A DNA stretch of 64,000 bases, taken from NCBI GenBank assembly GCA_013239625.1, contig MU057344.1, positions 1,428,276-1,492,275 of the forward strand, written 5' to 3'. This stretch comes from Lama guanicoe (taxonomy: Eukaryota). Positions 48,410 to 62,079 of this stretch are shown here, piece by piece (position 1 is the first letter of the stretch; each line of letters begins with the position of its first letter). The position numbers were made by a program, and so were the translations under genes. The notes under the pieces were generated by a model that worked only from the letters and a program-made list of their open reading frames with translations, did no database searches and was not told where the DNA came from.

Positions 48410-51400
48410 AAAGTCGCGGCAAGGCTGCGTCTCTGCATCCCAGTCTCCCCCGGGGTTAACGAAGCAGTCAGGCCTGGCCAGGGTCCACTCCCCTTGCAGA
48501 AGCACTGATGCCTGAACCACAGTTGAAATGACCTTGAAAACCCATCACCCTCCCCACTCACCCCCCAGAACGCCCACCTCCCAGCCGGCCTCCCTCCTTG
48601 TGCTGCTCCCCCGTCTGCCTGGGGGTGGCTTTCTGCAGGTCTGGCCCCTGAGCCCTGCTGGGGGCCTGAGGAGGTGGCTGGTGGTGGGGAGGGTGTGGTG
48701 CTGGCAGCATGTGGCCGGCCCCTTGCAGAGTTTCTCAAGGTGGTCCAGGCACGTTGCTCCAGTGCTGGAGGCAGGTGAGGAACCTGAGGATGCACGGACA
48801 GAATCCCCCTCTGGGTCTGCAGCCGCCACGGCAGCCAGGGCTGCGGGAAGACTGGGTCAGGGGTTTCTCCAGGACCTTCCCCAGGTCCCCCCTTCTCCGT
48901 GTCCATTACTGTAACACGGGCAGCCCCGCCCCCCCCGCAGCGGAGTTCAGCCCTCTGTCCACCAGGACCCGGCCTCCCTGGGGAGGGGGTCAGACCTGGT
49001 CCTCCCACGGCCAGTTCTCAGTAGTGGCCTGCCCCGCCCACCCCAACCTTGGCCCCTAAGGTACAGAAGCTGCCCGGCGCCGTCTCCACCGACTGCGCTC
49101 CCTTGCGGGCAGGGCTTCTGTGAAGCCAAGGGTCCTTCCCAGCTTGGAAGGGGGCACGCCCAGGCTGCCATGTGGTTGCTCTGGGGGCTGGTTCTGCCCT
49201 GCACCACACTGATGTCCCCCGACCCCTGGCCCTGGCTGAGGGCCCTGCCCACTGGCTCCAGTGTGTCTGGCCCCCCCAGAGGGGATGGGACGGATGGCCC
49301 GAGGTGGTAGGGTTCTCTCCCCAGGCTCCCCTTCCCTCAGCCTAGTGGGTTCTTTTGGGCTGGTGTGGCCACCAGCTGGGGCAGGATGGAGTGAGGCTCC
49401 CTGGCCGCCAGCTCCGGGCCTTCCCCCTCAGGCCCTCCTGGGGTGGGGACCCCCAGGCTGGGCGGGAGGGGCTTACTGCTGGCCACCTCCCCAGAACACC
49501 TGCTGCGCCTGGGCGGGGGCCACTGTGTCTCTGTGACCCCTCTGCCCGGGAGACCTCCCACCACACCCCCTTTTGGCCTGGGAGTGAGGGGTTTGCAGAA
49601 CAGCAGAGGAGCCAGGTCCTGGGGAGCAGAGAGCACCCCCATGGGCCCAAATCACTCACAAGGATCTCAGAGTCATGACTTCATCTGGGTGGCAGGGTCT
49701 TCCACCGGAAGCCACTTCCTGCCCCAGTCCTGGCAGAGCCAGCGGCTTCCTCGTGCTCCCGGGTGGCAGGGGCATCCCTTTCTGCCTCTCGTGGCTTTTG
49801 GGGGTGTGATCCTTGCCTCCCAAAGCAGGGAGGAGGGGCCGGGAGCAGGGGCCGGGTCAGGCGGGGGCAGCTCTGCAGGTGCGGCTGGCCTCTGGGGGCT
49901 GGGGGGTGCTGAGCCTGGGGAATGGCCAAGCTCATTCCGTCCGCCGGACGCTTCACCTGGAAGAACTAAAGTCAGCCACGTGGCCGGCATCTGTGGGCGC
50001 TCGCGTGTGCGGGACACGCGTCAGGGTGTCCCCGGCCTCAGGAGTGACCAGCCTGGTGGGAGAGACCGATCAGGTCCAGCCGGCCCACGAGAAGGGGGAA
50101 TCGGGCTGGGGGCCCCCGGACGCCGGCCCGGAGGGACAGCAGGATTTAGGGAGAATGAGGCGAAGACAGTCCCGCAGGTGGCGGGCCCGGAGTCTGACAC
50201 CCACCGCGGTCACTCGGAACGCTGCCCTGCTCTCCGCCACAAAACCGCTTTTAGTCAAAACCCGGCCGTAACCGGCCGCGGTTGTCCTTTCCTGCATGGG
50301 TTCTTTAGCTTTAGGAGAACTAAGCCCCGGGAGAGACTCTCACCTCGTAACATTCATGCTCGGACCAGCCGGCCAGCCTCTGCCGCTGGCGGTTTCACCC
50401 TTTCTGGTTCGTGGCCCAGCGGGGACCTCCAGGCGGTCAGGTGGGCTCCGCCCGCTTCGCGGGTCCGGCCAGCGCTGCCTCCAGGCTCGGGTCAGGCGCC
50501 GGGACACGTGGCCCAACAGGGCCGGCGACAGCCAGCGCCCCGGTCCCCTCAGCAGGGCGTGCGGGCAGGGGCTCCCTCCGCGCAGAGCACGGGGCGGCCA
50601 GGAGGAGGGCGCTTGCTGGGTGGAAGTTTCCGGGTGTGTCAGCCTAACTCTGCATCTGTGTGGACGCCACGGACCGACAGTCCACGGGGAGGGGACACGG
50701 AACCCCGACCCCGTCTGGGGTGGCCCCCTGTGGTGATAAAACTCAGACGGCGATTAGCTTCCTCTGCTACTATGTTAAATTCTCTGCCCGGTGCCGTCTC
50801 TTGTGGGGCCGCAGGCTGGGCCATCCCCCACCCCCCGGCCGGGGTGGAGGTTCGCGTGTCCGGGAGGTGGGCTGTTGGACCACGGGGGCACCACACGTAT
50901 GTTGAGTGAACTGAGGGCAGAAGTGGTGGCTGGGGCTTGCGACCTTGAGCCACAGTGCGGGGTGGGGGGCATCTCTGCAGAGCCGGCCTCCCTGGGAGAT
51001 GACAGGTCTGGGTGGACAAGCCCCCCCCGGGAGGGGTCGTGGGAGAAGAAAGGGGATGGGGGAAGGGAGAAGATCCCGGTGAGGGACGCCCTATGGAGCC
51101 CGATTCTGAAAGACCCCAGGGCTTGGTCCTGCGGGCTGGGCTGGCTCCCGGGGGACCCTGTACCCAGTGGCTGAGTGGCGGTGGGAACAGGGGTCAGGGG
51201 ATGGGTGTGGGAGACCTGGGCCCTGGTGCATCGTGGGCGGGTGAGGAACGAGAGACGGAGTGGGGGAAGCACCCCTGCAGCACCGCCCTCACACCCCAGC
51301 TCCACTCCGGGCGTGGTGGTCGTGAAGGGAGGTGACAGGCGTCTTGCACTCTCACTGCGGGGCCGTGGGTGCCCCACAGACATCCAGCCCTCCACAGGTG

Positions 51401-53821
51401 CCTCCTGGGTGGTGTCCCGCAGGCCTGGGGAGCAAATGGGACCAGCTTTTCTGCGGCGGGTGCCCTGAGCCCCCCACTCCCCTCGTAGCTCAGGGTGCAC
51501 CCTTGTAACGTCCCATGAAGGAGGAGAGATGCAGCTGCCCAGGTCAGAGGGAGGGAGCGGGGGGGCGCCTGGCTGATTCTAGGTGTGCGGGCCCGCCTGG
51601 ACTTGGGCTCGTGGGAGCGGAAGATAACGGGTGAACGTGGTCCCTCCCCTCCGAGGGGCACAGGGAAGGAGGGATGTGACAGGTGTCCTGGTGGTTGGGC
51701 TGGAGACCCTCCAAGGGAAAAAGAAGGAGGCTGGGCCGTCGGAAGGGGAAGAGCTCGCTCCAAGGTGACTTCTATCACTTTGTCATGTGCTAGCATTCTG
51801 GCCTGGGGCTTCCAGGAGGAGGAAGGGGGGAATCACTGGCCACAAGTCTCCTAAAAAGGGCCAGGACCTGGGCAGGTGTCCAGCTGGGGAGAGGCCATCC
51901 TGAGTCGGACGGGCTGCCCCATCCGTGGGGGATGTGACTGCACAGTGGAGCCTGCTTCCTGCTCAGGTGTGTGCCTACCTGGGCTCACCTGGCCTGCTGG
52001 GCACCTGGGACGGTGCTGAGGGCAGCCCTGGCCGTGCCCCTCTAACTGGGAACAGAGATTGGCCCAGATGAGCGCCGCCTTCTCCCCTCCTCCCCGCTGG
52101 CCTGGACGGAGGCTCGGACACGCTTCCCGAGAGATAGTGGCTTCTGTCCAGTGCACCTCAGCTAATCACCAGCGTCGTGGGAAAAGCCCGCGTCGAGGGC
52201 CGAGAGGCCGCGCATTGTCTGGGGGAGATTAGAGCCCTAGCGCTGCATTGTCTGGGCAGGGGATAAATCTTCGTGCTGTCACTCAGACGCCGAATTAAAT
52301 CCCCCCTCGTTTCTAAAGGGGCTTATCTGTGCTGAATTGCGGCCACACCGCTGCGTGAGCGGACGTGTGTGGGAGCGGCCGTCCGGGCACCTTCGAGCAG
52401 GAGCCATCAGGGAGGGGACCTGGGGGCAGCAGTGCCTCCCTGCAGGGAGGGTGGGCGCCGTCCGGGGTCCCCTCTGCGCCGTGGGACTCGCAGCTCACCT
52501 GCCTGGGAGAGGAGGGCTGGGACCTGTGGGGCCCCCGGCAGACCCGTCCAGGGAAGAGGCCCAGAGAGGGTGTGAGCTCGGCCAGGTCAGAGGGCGGGCC
52601 AGAGTCTGGAGAGGAGCAGCAGGGGCACTGACCTGACCCATCTGGAACTTTCTAGACAAGCTGCCCCATCCCTGCCCCTTCCAGGCCCTCACAGCCTGGA
52701 CGGACCCAGCGGTGGAGCTGGGGTTGGGGACTGGGAGCATCCTCAAAACACAGCTGGCCCTGGTGGCCCCATCTGCCTCCTTCACCCGGGGCAGAAGAGC
52801 AGGCTCCTTTGTAACCTGAACCTCCTGGGGGCCCTAGTTTACAAACCAGGCATTTGGAGGAGGAGTGCAGCCCCTCACCGGGATCCCAGGGGTCCCCTGG
52901 GCCACACTGACGCCCTGCTCAGTGCCATCAGGGAATCCCCAGGTGATGCCATTTTACTGATGGAGAACCATCCCAAGACAGAGTGCCTGGGCCACCCAGG
53001 CCCACGCCTGGTCTTCCTGCAGGTCCCCCCTCCCTGGCTGTCCCTCGCTGTGGTCTCTGGGACAGCTGCACATGGAGCAGTCGCCCAAGGTGTAGTCCGG
53101 AGGGAGCCAGTGCGGGGCCAGGCTGTCACTGGGGGACGCCTGGGCGCGGGGGTTGCAGTGCGTAGGGGTCTCGATTGAGGGTGTCTGCCGTCAGCCCTCA
53201 AGGCCAGGTCCCCAGCTCTGACCAGCCACTCGGGGCGCCGCCGGCGCCTCTCCTGGAAGGCGCTGTTGGATTCAGAATGTCTGACACCTTGGTCTCCAGG
53301 TGTTGGGGATGTGTTAGCCAGGGTTTTCTGTGCTGGGTGTGAAGCTTCCCAGGTTCACAGGCCTGATGCTCTGCCATGCGAGCCCCTGGCTGGGCACACC
53401 TCCTGCCCGCATCCCTCCCCGGACGAGGGGCCCCCGCCGTCCTAGCTCCCGAGCTGAGAGCACTGTAGCACCCTGTGCAGCAGGCCAAGGACTGTGCTGG
53501 AACTTCCAGCTTCCCACCCCTCCTCCCCTTCTCCTTACTGTAGAGGCGATCACGCCCCACTGGCCAATAACACAATTTTGGACGTCAGTGATGGCCCATA
53601 CTTCTGAACATCACCGTCGAATAAGAGAGCTCGTGTGTGCACTGAATACAGGCCTTCCTTCAGCCCAGAAGCCCCTGGCGTGTCTGCGCGGTGGTGACAT
53701 CCCCTCGGGCGCATCCCAGCCTGGGCCCGGGTGCCTTCAACACCTCCTCCCTTAGCCCAACCCTCTCGGGCTGAGAGGGCAATGCAGGACGGGCAGGGTG
53801 GCTCCGGCCCCTCCTCGAGCC

Positions 53822-54197
53822 TGTGCTGCACCCCTGGGCGGCCGCCACAGAGCTCCACACACGGGGTGGCTTAACCCGCAGATGGTTGTTCTCCCCCAGC
53901 CTGGAGGCTGGGCTCTGAGCTCCAGGTGTGGGCGTGGCTGGCTCCTCCTCTCTCCTTGGTGCGTAGCCGGCCATCCTCCACGGGTGTCCTCACCTGCTCG
54001 TCCTCCTGTGCTTGTCTGTGTCCTGATGTCCTCTTCCTACAAGGACACCAGTCACGTGGGATGAGGGCCCACCCCACGACCTCATTTTACCTTAACTACC
54101 CCCAGAAAGGCCTTTTCTCCAGATACGGTCACATTCTGATGTCCGGGGGTCAGGACTCCAACATACAAACTTGAGGGTCACAATTCAACCCAAAACA
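53822..54197 (-). mobile_element. MLT1 (ERVL-MaLR) solo LTR, MLT1B/C-like
   Basis: TG...CA termini, about 376 bp. 'aaggacaccagtca...agggcccaccc...gacctcattttaccttaactac...ggtcacattctga...acaattcaaccc' is characteristic of antisense MLT1. Confidence 0.9.
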
Positions 54198-55609
54198 ACG
54201 CCTTTCCCCGAGATGCACGTTGACCTGAGGCTGCGCCCCGGAGCCTCTCAGAGCGCCATTGTTTGTGATCCTATTCCACGCACCCCCGGAAGCCAGGCTG
54301 TGGTTGGGCACCCAGGATGGCCCAGGCCCTCGAGGGGTGAGGCGGGAGCCCCTCACGAGGGGTGCCCTGAACGCAGAGCCTGCGTGCGGCCACCCCGGGG
54401 CAGCTGCCCCGTGAGCAGATGCTCCGGTCGGGGAAGGAAACCTGCGGTCAGCCCACGTGCTCCTCTCTGAAAGGGCGAAGAGCCTGCAGGAGAGGCTGGA
54501 ACCTGAGAAACAGCCGTGGAAACCAGGGTTGGACTGGAGAGCACAGTTTTTCTCATTTTTGTGAAGTTGAGGCTTTTCAATAGGATTTCAAGAGAATGAA
54601 ACCAACAGGCCCCAGGAAATTTGCATACGGCTACTTACCATCAGTTCTGTATTTTTTTTTCTTTAAAGAAATAAACACATCCTGAAGCCTCTCCATCCAC
54701 AGGGCGGGGCTGCCCTGGGAGGTGACGGTTCAAACCTTCGCAATTTTTTAAAACCCAGCAGTTTTCCACAACAAAAGGCAAAATTCACAAACAAATTGCC
54801 TTCCTCCTCCCAAGGCTGCTCCTTGGCCCGGTGAAGGCGTGTTGACAACACACTGCTCCTTGGGTCACCGCTGAATGGGGATCCCACGGAGACAGGGTCC
54901 CCCGAGGTCTGCTGAGAACAGTGAGGCTTGGGGGCCGAGTGCACGCCCTCCCTCTCGGCTTTTCAGAAGACCAGCTAACGAGCAGCATTGTGGGGACCCG
55001 GGAGGCGGCCTGCAGAAGGCAGCCGGGGGACAGCTGTCCTGGCAGGAAGGCACCAGAGGGCAGGGGTCTCTGTGCGCTGGGGCTGCCCTGCTGGAAGCAC
55101 ATGTTTCCCGCCAGTGAGTGGAGCTCGTGCCAGGATGGGGTAGGGGGGTCTGATGGACATCTCTCGGGGTGGGGGGCCGGGACAGTGTGTGCACCTCCAG
55201 CAGGTGGGAGCCCCCAAGCCGGGGCTTGAGATGCACCCCCGAGGACAGCCTGGGGAGAACTGCCTCTCCCCGTGGCCAGTCCACCCGCCTGGGGCTGTGT
55301 GCACCTCTCAGGGGTCTTGGGGGGTACCCACGCCAACCCCTCAGCCCCGTGGGGGACAGGGACGCAGGACAAGGAAGCGGCTGCTAGGGGGCCGAGAAGT
55401 GCCCAGTGTGGCCCTGCCGACCCCTCCGCACATTCGGGACACGAGCTCACTGCCACTCCCAGACCCCCTTCCGCACCCCCGCTCCTGTGACGTGACCTGT
55501 CCTCTGCGTGCTGACCCCACTCGTGAAGCCTCCCCCCGGGGCCCACGCTGCCCTCCCCACGTGTCACCTGACCCTCACGGTACATGTCTAGGTTGCCCCC
55601 TCTCCCCCG

Positions 55610-55690
55610 CCCCCATGCAGAAGCTGGTTCTCCTGCTCGTCCTGGCTCCTAGCAGCTCTGGTATCCAGTAGGCACTCAGTAAATGCTCTG
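55610..55690 (+). mobile_element. L2 3' tail fragment
   Basis: 'cctagcagctctggtatccagtaggcactcagtaaatgct'. Confidence 0.55.
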
Positions 55691-58600
55691 GGCAGGCACG
55701 GGTGAGAGATGGAGGCCGATCTCAGGGTGAGTCTCTCGGAAGGGAAAGCACTGGCAGTGCAGGGCTGGGGGCGGGACGGGCCAAGACTGTTCTGGACCAG
55801 CTGGTACCAGAGGCGATGGCTCAGGAGTGCCGGGGGTGGGAGGACAGGCCGGCTCGCTTCCCCGGACAGCCAGGCCTCCCCGGTGCTGCGTGGCAGGAGG
55901 CCAGCATGGGGACCACTGGTCTCCACCCAGGTGTGAGGGCCAGAGTCCTGGAGGCCACACGCTGGGCCCCATGGGCTCTGCCCTGGAGAAGGCCACTTTG
56001 TCCTGCCCGCTGGCCTCCCCCGACTGGACTTCCCCGGGGGGCAGGGGGGTAAACCCACACTTGCAGTTTTCTGTGTATCGAGGGCCCCGTGTCCGTTTTG
56101 TCCTGTCCCCCTGTCTGGGCCATTGTGGCTGTCCTGTCTCCTCCATGGCCTGGCCCAGAGCAGGGCCTGGCTGCTCACCTCCGTCCTAAACGCTCCTTAC
56201 TCCCACTGTCCATTCAAAGACAGACAGGTGCTCTGGTGGACAACACGTCCTAGAATGTTCTGGGTGCCGTCCCAGCCAGTGGCTGGTCTGTGGACTCTTC
56301 TGGAAGTGCAGCTTGGGCAGCGAGCTTGGGCCTGACTTGAGAAGGGGGGCCCTCCCATGGCCACTGGTCTGGACCCCAAAGGGTTAAGGCGGGAGTGCGG
56401 GGCTTTGTCCCGTGTGTCATCGGTGTAACCCGCAGCCTGTCCCCAATCCCTTCCTCATGACCGTGATTAGACCGCGCCCGGATGAATAGGCTGGCGATCC
56501 CTATGGTAACCTTCAAAATGCATTCCTGGGCAGGCCCGGCCTCCTTGTAATGGCATTCCTAGCTGGCCCACAAACAGCATGTTAATCAGCCCCTCCGAGG
56601 GGCTGCACGTCCCTCCTGGAGAAAGGGGCGAGCAGCCATGTCCGTGTCCAGCCCCGTGCCCCCCTCGTCCTCAGCAGGGACGGGAGTGGGTGGGGTGTTC
56701 AAGGCGGCCAGGCCAAGATGGCCACCGAAGGCCCAGGAGGGGAGGCAGGGCAGGAAGGGCCCCCCAGCCCCGTAAGCCTCTGTCTCCCCTGCCTGGGCCA
56801 TTGTCCTTACATCCCTGGGGGCTCCACCTCTGTCCCCACTGGGGGGCTGCCTCCCAGACTGGCCCAGTCCTCACCCTGACCCCTGGAAGTTTCTGTCCCC
56901 AGCTTCCCCACTGTCGGGGGCTGAGGCAGGGCCCATCCCCACCCTAGAGGAAGGCCCAGCCAGCTCCTGGTGTGGCCCCCTTGGACGGAGCTCTCCAGGC
57001 AGGAAGCCGGTACATCAGGGCTCAGGGATCCTGTCCTGTCCTCAGAGAGCGCCTCTGGCGAGCGGGTGGGGGGCCAGGCTGCAAACGTTATGGCCAGGCC
57101 TGTGGGTGAAGGCAGGTGGTTCCCCGTGGAGCCTGGAGGAGAGACACAGGCCGCGAGAAGGAGGAAGCTGCCCCCCAGGGGTGCGGGGACGCCTGGCCTG
57201 GGCTGTGGAGGGCTTGGGGCACTGGAGAGGCAGGGTGTGGACAGGAGGCTGCGGGGCGGGCTGGGGGCTGAGGGCCGCTAGGAGGGCGGGTGGGACGGGA
57301 CGCCACCGAAGGGCTTCCGGCCGGGGGGAGCCTGAGCCTGGTCCTACTTGTCAAATCACCCCGGCTCCAGAGCAGAGTGGGCTGGTGCAGGTGAGGGGCC
57401 CCCGGGGATCAGGGGAGGTGTGAAGGCGGGGCCAGGTGAGGGGCTGTCGGGGTGCTGGGAGGTGGAGCTGCAGGAAATGCTGAGAGGCTGCTCGTGGGCT
57501 GTGGGCAGGGAGGACACCCCCAGGTTTCTCTTGACCCTCCAGGCCCACGGGGCCCGCACAGAGAGGGTCAGGCCCGGCCAGGCCCTTCAGGTCCGCACTC
57601 AACCGTGGGCAGCACAGAGCTGGGTCTGCAGGTCTGGCGTGGCCTGCTGGGCACGCGTGGCCCCCGCCAGCTTGTGCCAGCACAGCCCTGCCTGCCTGGC
57701 CGGAGGGAGCAGGGTGGGCGTGGGTTCCTGTCCCAGTCCTGGCTGGAGGGGCAGAATGGCCGCGTGGGCAGAGGCAGGCAGCCCCTGGGGCAGGTGGCCT
57801 GGGGTGGGCAGCTCAGGCCTCGGCAGGGCGCAGACGGAGAAGCCATGTGAGTGCAGATGGACGCCGCTGCTCTGGCCTGGGGGGCGGGGGCCTGGGAAGC
57901 AGCGCCCGTTTCTCGGGGCTGTTGGGGACGTTAGCCAGGTGCTCAACAGCAAAGCCCCTCTGAGTCGAGGGGCGTCCCCATGAAGGGCTCCACAAACCCG
58001 CCGCAGCGAGGGTCCTGGCTCTGCTGGCCGTGGGGGCCAGTCTGGTTCACTGTGGACGGGTCTCACCCCAAGCCTGTCCGGCAGGCCGAGGCGAAGCGCG
58101 GGGAGCAGGCGGCTGGCCCCGGGAGCCGCTGGGCCGTGACTCTGCGCCCAGGTGGGTTAGGCCGGGAGGCTCACGGGGGGGTTACCGGCCTTGGGACGTG
58201 GAAGCCAGCAGTTCCTTGGTGTCAGTCTGCTGGACTAATTCTAATGTAAATAGAGCAATCCTTTAAGTATGTATCATTTAACGCTGGACGGGGAGCCTGC
58301 AGATCCCCTTGACCCTGCGGGCTCAAAATACCTGCCGGCTTAACTCCTCTGGTCTCAGCCCGCTTCCCCCATGGCTGTGCCTGCGGTCGACTCCGGGAGG
58401 GTATCGCGGTAATTACGGGAAGCGAAGCGGCCCGGGCGGATTCCATCCCCCGTCGCCCTCCTCCCCAGACTAACTGCTCGGAGCCACCTTCCCTCGCTAG
58501 AGATACACGACCCTGGGGAGCCGGGCTGGCGCAGCCCCTCGCACACCCCCGGCACGGCCCCCAGGCGGCTCTGCTCGCCCTCCAGCCCCGGCCACGCCCG

Positions 58601-61600
58601 CCCTGCGGCCAGCCCGGGGCTGGACTCTCCCGCGAGGTCCTGAGCGGCACTGGGGGTCGGAGTCCGGGTCGCGGGGTGGGGGTGGTCCGGGAGGAGCCAC
58701 AGAGGCACAGGCACCAGCGGGGCTGCCTGGGTGAGGAGTCTCGTCCTGCCAAGCTCTCTCCGCACCCAGGGCACACGCCCACAGCACGCGGGGGGCGAAA
58801 TCTTACTCGGCGGGACGAAGGGAGGGAGGCGTGGAGCCCAGAGGGGTCAGTCTCCTCTCGTGTCTCAGTGAACAAACCCTTCCCTCTCCACAGGTCAGAG
58901 TGCCCCCACGTCCCTCCTGGAGTTCTCACGTTTCAGTTCCGAATTTCAGTCCCTCAGTCCCGACACGGTGGGCCGTGAGTACGGAGGGAGGCTGGGGTCA
59001 GACTTTGTTTTATGCTCCGCGTGGGTAGCCACTCACTGAGCCTGGGTTGCGCAGCGGCAGAGTTAGTCTCTGCAGTCTGAGATGCCGCTGGGTAGCCTGC
59101 AGGGTCGCCCCTGGGGCAGGACAAAGTTCTGTGCCGGGGAGGGCCTGTTTGTGGATCTCCTGTCCCTTCCTGATGGTCAGCGGGCCCACACGTGGGCTGA
59201 CGCTCAGTGCCTGGTGGAACTGCCACAGTAGCCACTGTAAACTCGGAACAGGCACATGGACGGCAGCGTGCACAGCACCAGGCACGGAGACCCGCTCTCG
59301 GAGGCAGAGAGGGGACAGCGAGGCCCAGGGAGGTTGTGAGGCCCAGAGTGGTGTGCACAGCCTCACTCTACGCTCACAGGGGCCTCCAGGGCAGCTGCTC
59401 CAGGCTGGACTGCGCTGCCATGAGGCTGGAGGCCGGGCCCAAGAAGCCACTTCTCTGCTTGAACCCGAGGAGGGGGACAGCTTGAACAGGAAAGTCAGAG
59501 ATGGCAGCCCCCTGTCCCTCCAGGAAAAGGAAGTCCCAGATGCTGAAGACGCAGGTGTGTGCTGTGTGCTGCCCTAGAAAGGCAGGGGCTGCTGTCCTCT
59601 CTCCGAGGGTCACAGGTCTTCCTCGACGTGGGGCTGCAGGTACTTCCCACAATCACAGTGATGGGGGGGGCGCTGCCGGCTTCTTAGGTGGGGCTGAACG
59701 CGGCGGACACTGACTTGTGTGTGCTGTTCTGTTGTTGTTGTTTTACTGTAGTCAAGGGGTGGCACCACTGGGGAGCAGGAGCAGCCAAGGAGCCCCTGGG
59801 CCGCAGGGCGTGACTTCCCGCCTCCTGGGTGCCAGTGCTCAGCGTGGCTCTAACCCGGTGCTGAGATGAGGCTGCTCCTCGGAGCTCCCGGGAGTCAACT
59901 CTCTTTTAATAACTCTCTGCTACTTAACACTCCCGGGGCCTAGACACGCATCGCCAGCCATTAGCCTGGGGCCTCGGCCAGGGAGCAACTGAGCAGCGAT
60001 TAGGGAACGGCCAGGAGACTGTGGTCATCAGTGGACAGCGGGAATTCACCCCAGGGGAGTGGGTCGGGAGGATTTCCTTCCCGGTCTGTGTGTTTGAGCA
60101 AAGGAGGCCCTGAAGTCAGGATCTCAAAAGCTGAATGCCCCAGACTCTGTCAGAGTGGCGCACAGGAGTCTGTGATCCAAACTGCTGTGTTTTGGGAGAA
60201 AGGTCATCGCCTTGGAAACCAGCTCCAGTTCACGGGTGGGAGCATCGCCCCTTCCAGACACAGACGCAGCCCACGGGCGGGTGTCCGGGGCGGGTGCCTC
60301 GGCCCATACTCCCTGCTCTTGACCCGGAGAACACCGCGCCATCTGCATGTAATGACGCAGCCGTGTGCGAGCAGTGTTCTCTTTGCTCACTGTCACCCCT
60401 CGACCCGCGAGGGTGAAGAAGCAGCTGGGGGAGGGCGTGGCTGACCGGCTCACGGGCACGTGGCTTGGGCCAGGCAGGGCCAGGCGGTGAACCTGGTGCG
60501 TCTGACTTGGGGGCCCAGGCCCTAGCCGGAGCCCACCACTGCGCCTGACCACACCGCGGGGGCCCTGTTCCTCCTTCCCCCCGGCCTCTTCCTCCATGCA
60601 GCCCCTGCCAGCCTGGGCCCCATGTGCCCAGGAGCCGCCGAGGGTTGAACATTAGGGAAAGAGGAGAAGCTGGCACTTAGCTGAGGAGGGAGGGGCCCAC
60701 CCTGAGGTCTCCCAGCCGCCCCAGGTGACTCCCAGCACAACTGTCAGCCTTTCCCAAGACATTTCCTGGCGCTGTGACCCACTCTCTGTCCGGCCTGGAG
60801 CCAGCGTCTGAGGCCGTCCTGGGTGCTGTCCCCCGCCCCCAGGTTTCTGCTGGGCCGTGAGGACCCTGCCTCCCTAAGCGGGCCCTGTCCTTCTGGGTCC
60901 CCGCTTCCCTGAGAACACCTGGGCCAGGCCCTGAGGGCGCAGCAGGATGGGGACTGGGCACCAGTGTCCTCTCAAAGGGTGACGCTGTGCTGGGTCTGGG
61001 TTCTCCTCGGGGTCCCAGGCTCCGCCCATCTCAACACCCTTTCCCAGCAGGTGGCCCTAGACTGTGCTGATGGAGACTGGGGGTCTGGGGGCTCCCTGCC
61101 AGGAGTCCCTCTGTCCAATTGAAGGCCCTTTTCTGTCCCCATAACATCCAAATTAGCTTGTTTCTGTGAACAAAGTTGGACCTAAAGTAGCCCTGTCTCG
61201 AGGAGCCCTGCACATTGGCATCCGGAGAGACTGTTTACTTTTGTTACGACGTCACGAACGGCTTGCTGCGAATTTTCCTTCCCCTTGCGTGGGCTGTCTG
61301 AGCTGTGGGCTTCCTGTGGTCCTGGGGGGAAGTTTCCGGGCCCGGCAGGCTCAGCACCGCTTTAAGTGGGAGCAACAGCTCCGAGCAAGGCAGGTCCAGG
61401 CACCGTCACCTCTGGAGAAGGCCCGGGGCGGGGGGCACCATGCAGGGGGCACGTGCTGGGAGTCGGTCTGTGGATGGGAGGCTGCCCACTCCTTGCTTTC
61501 CCGAGGTTTCCAGGGGAGACGTGTCAAAGTGAGGAGAGGCTAGAGACTGACGGTGTCCAGGCAGGATGGCAGCGGCAGTAGGCTGGCCAGGACATCGCCC

Positions 61601-62079
61601 CTGGCCAGCAGGTCTGCTGTGTGTGGGTGCTGGACCCGGAGCACTTGGATGGGAGGAAGCCCCCATGCTGGCTACACCCCGGAGGGTCCTGAACATCCTG
61701 AGGGCAGGCGCCGGGGCCCACGTTCACCCCCAACCCTGGGTCCCGCCAGCCCCTGCTGGAATCGTGCGCCGAAGCTCACAGCCTGCTCTGCCAGGTCCCC
61801 GGAGGACAGCGGGCAGTGGGGAAGGGGTGTCTGCACAGGCCTCTGTGTGTTCCCTGCCCTGGGAGGAGAGGGGGGCCTAGTGGACAAGATCCTCCCTCTC
61901 GAGGGGGCGCCGAGGGAAGGCCCCTGCACACAGTTGGGGTTCTCATCCAAAGAGTCAAGAACCAGGCAGTGACCTGATGCAGGACCTGTAGGGTGTCCAC
62001 GGGGAGGGACGGGGAGGGGGGAGAGAGGGGCGGGGCGAGGTGGGGAGCGGTCAGCACAGGGCGCCAGTGCCGCCAGAGC

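Noticed and set aside
49443-50909. 488-aa ORF
   Set aside because: GTG start, composition driven by GC content, no domain and no clear splice context.
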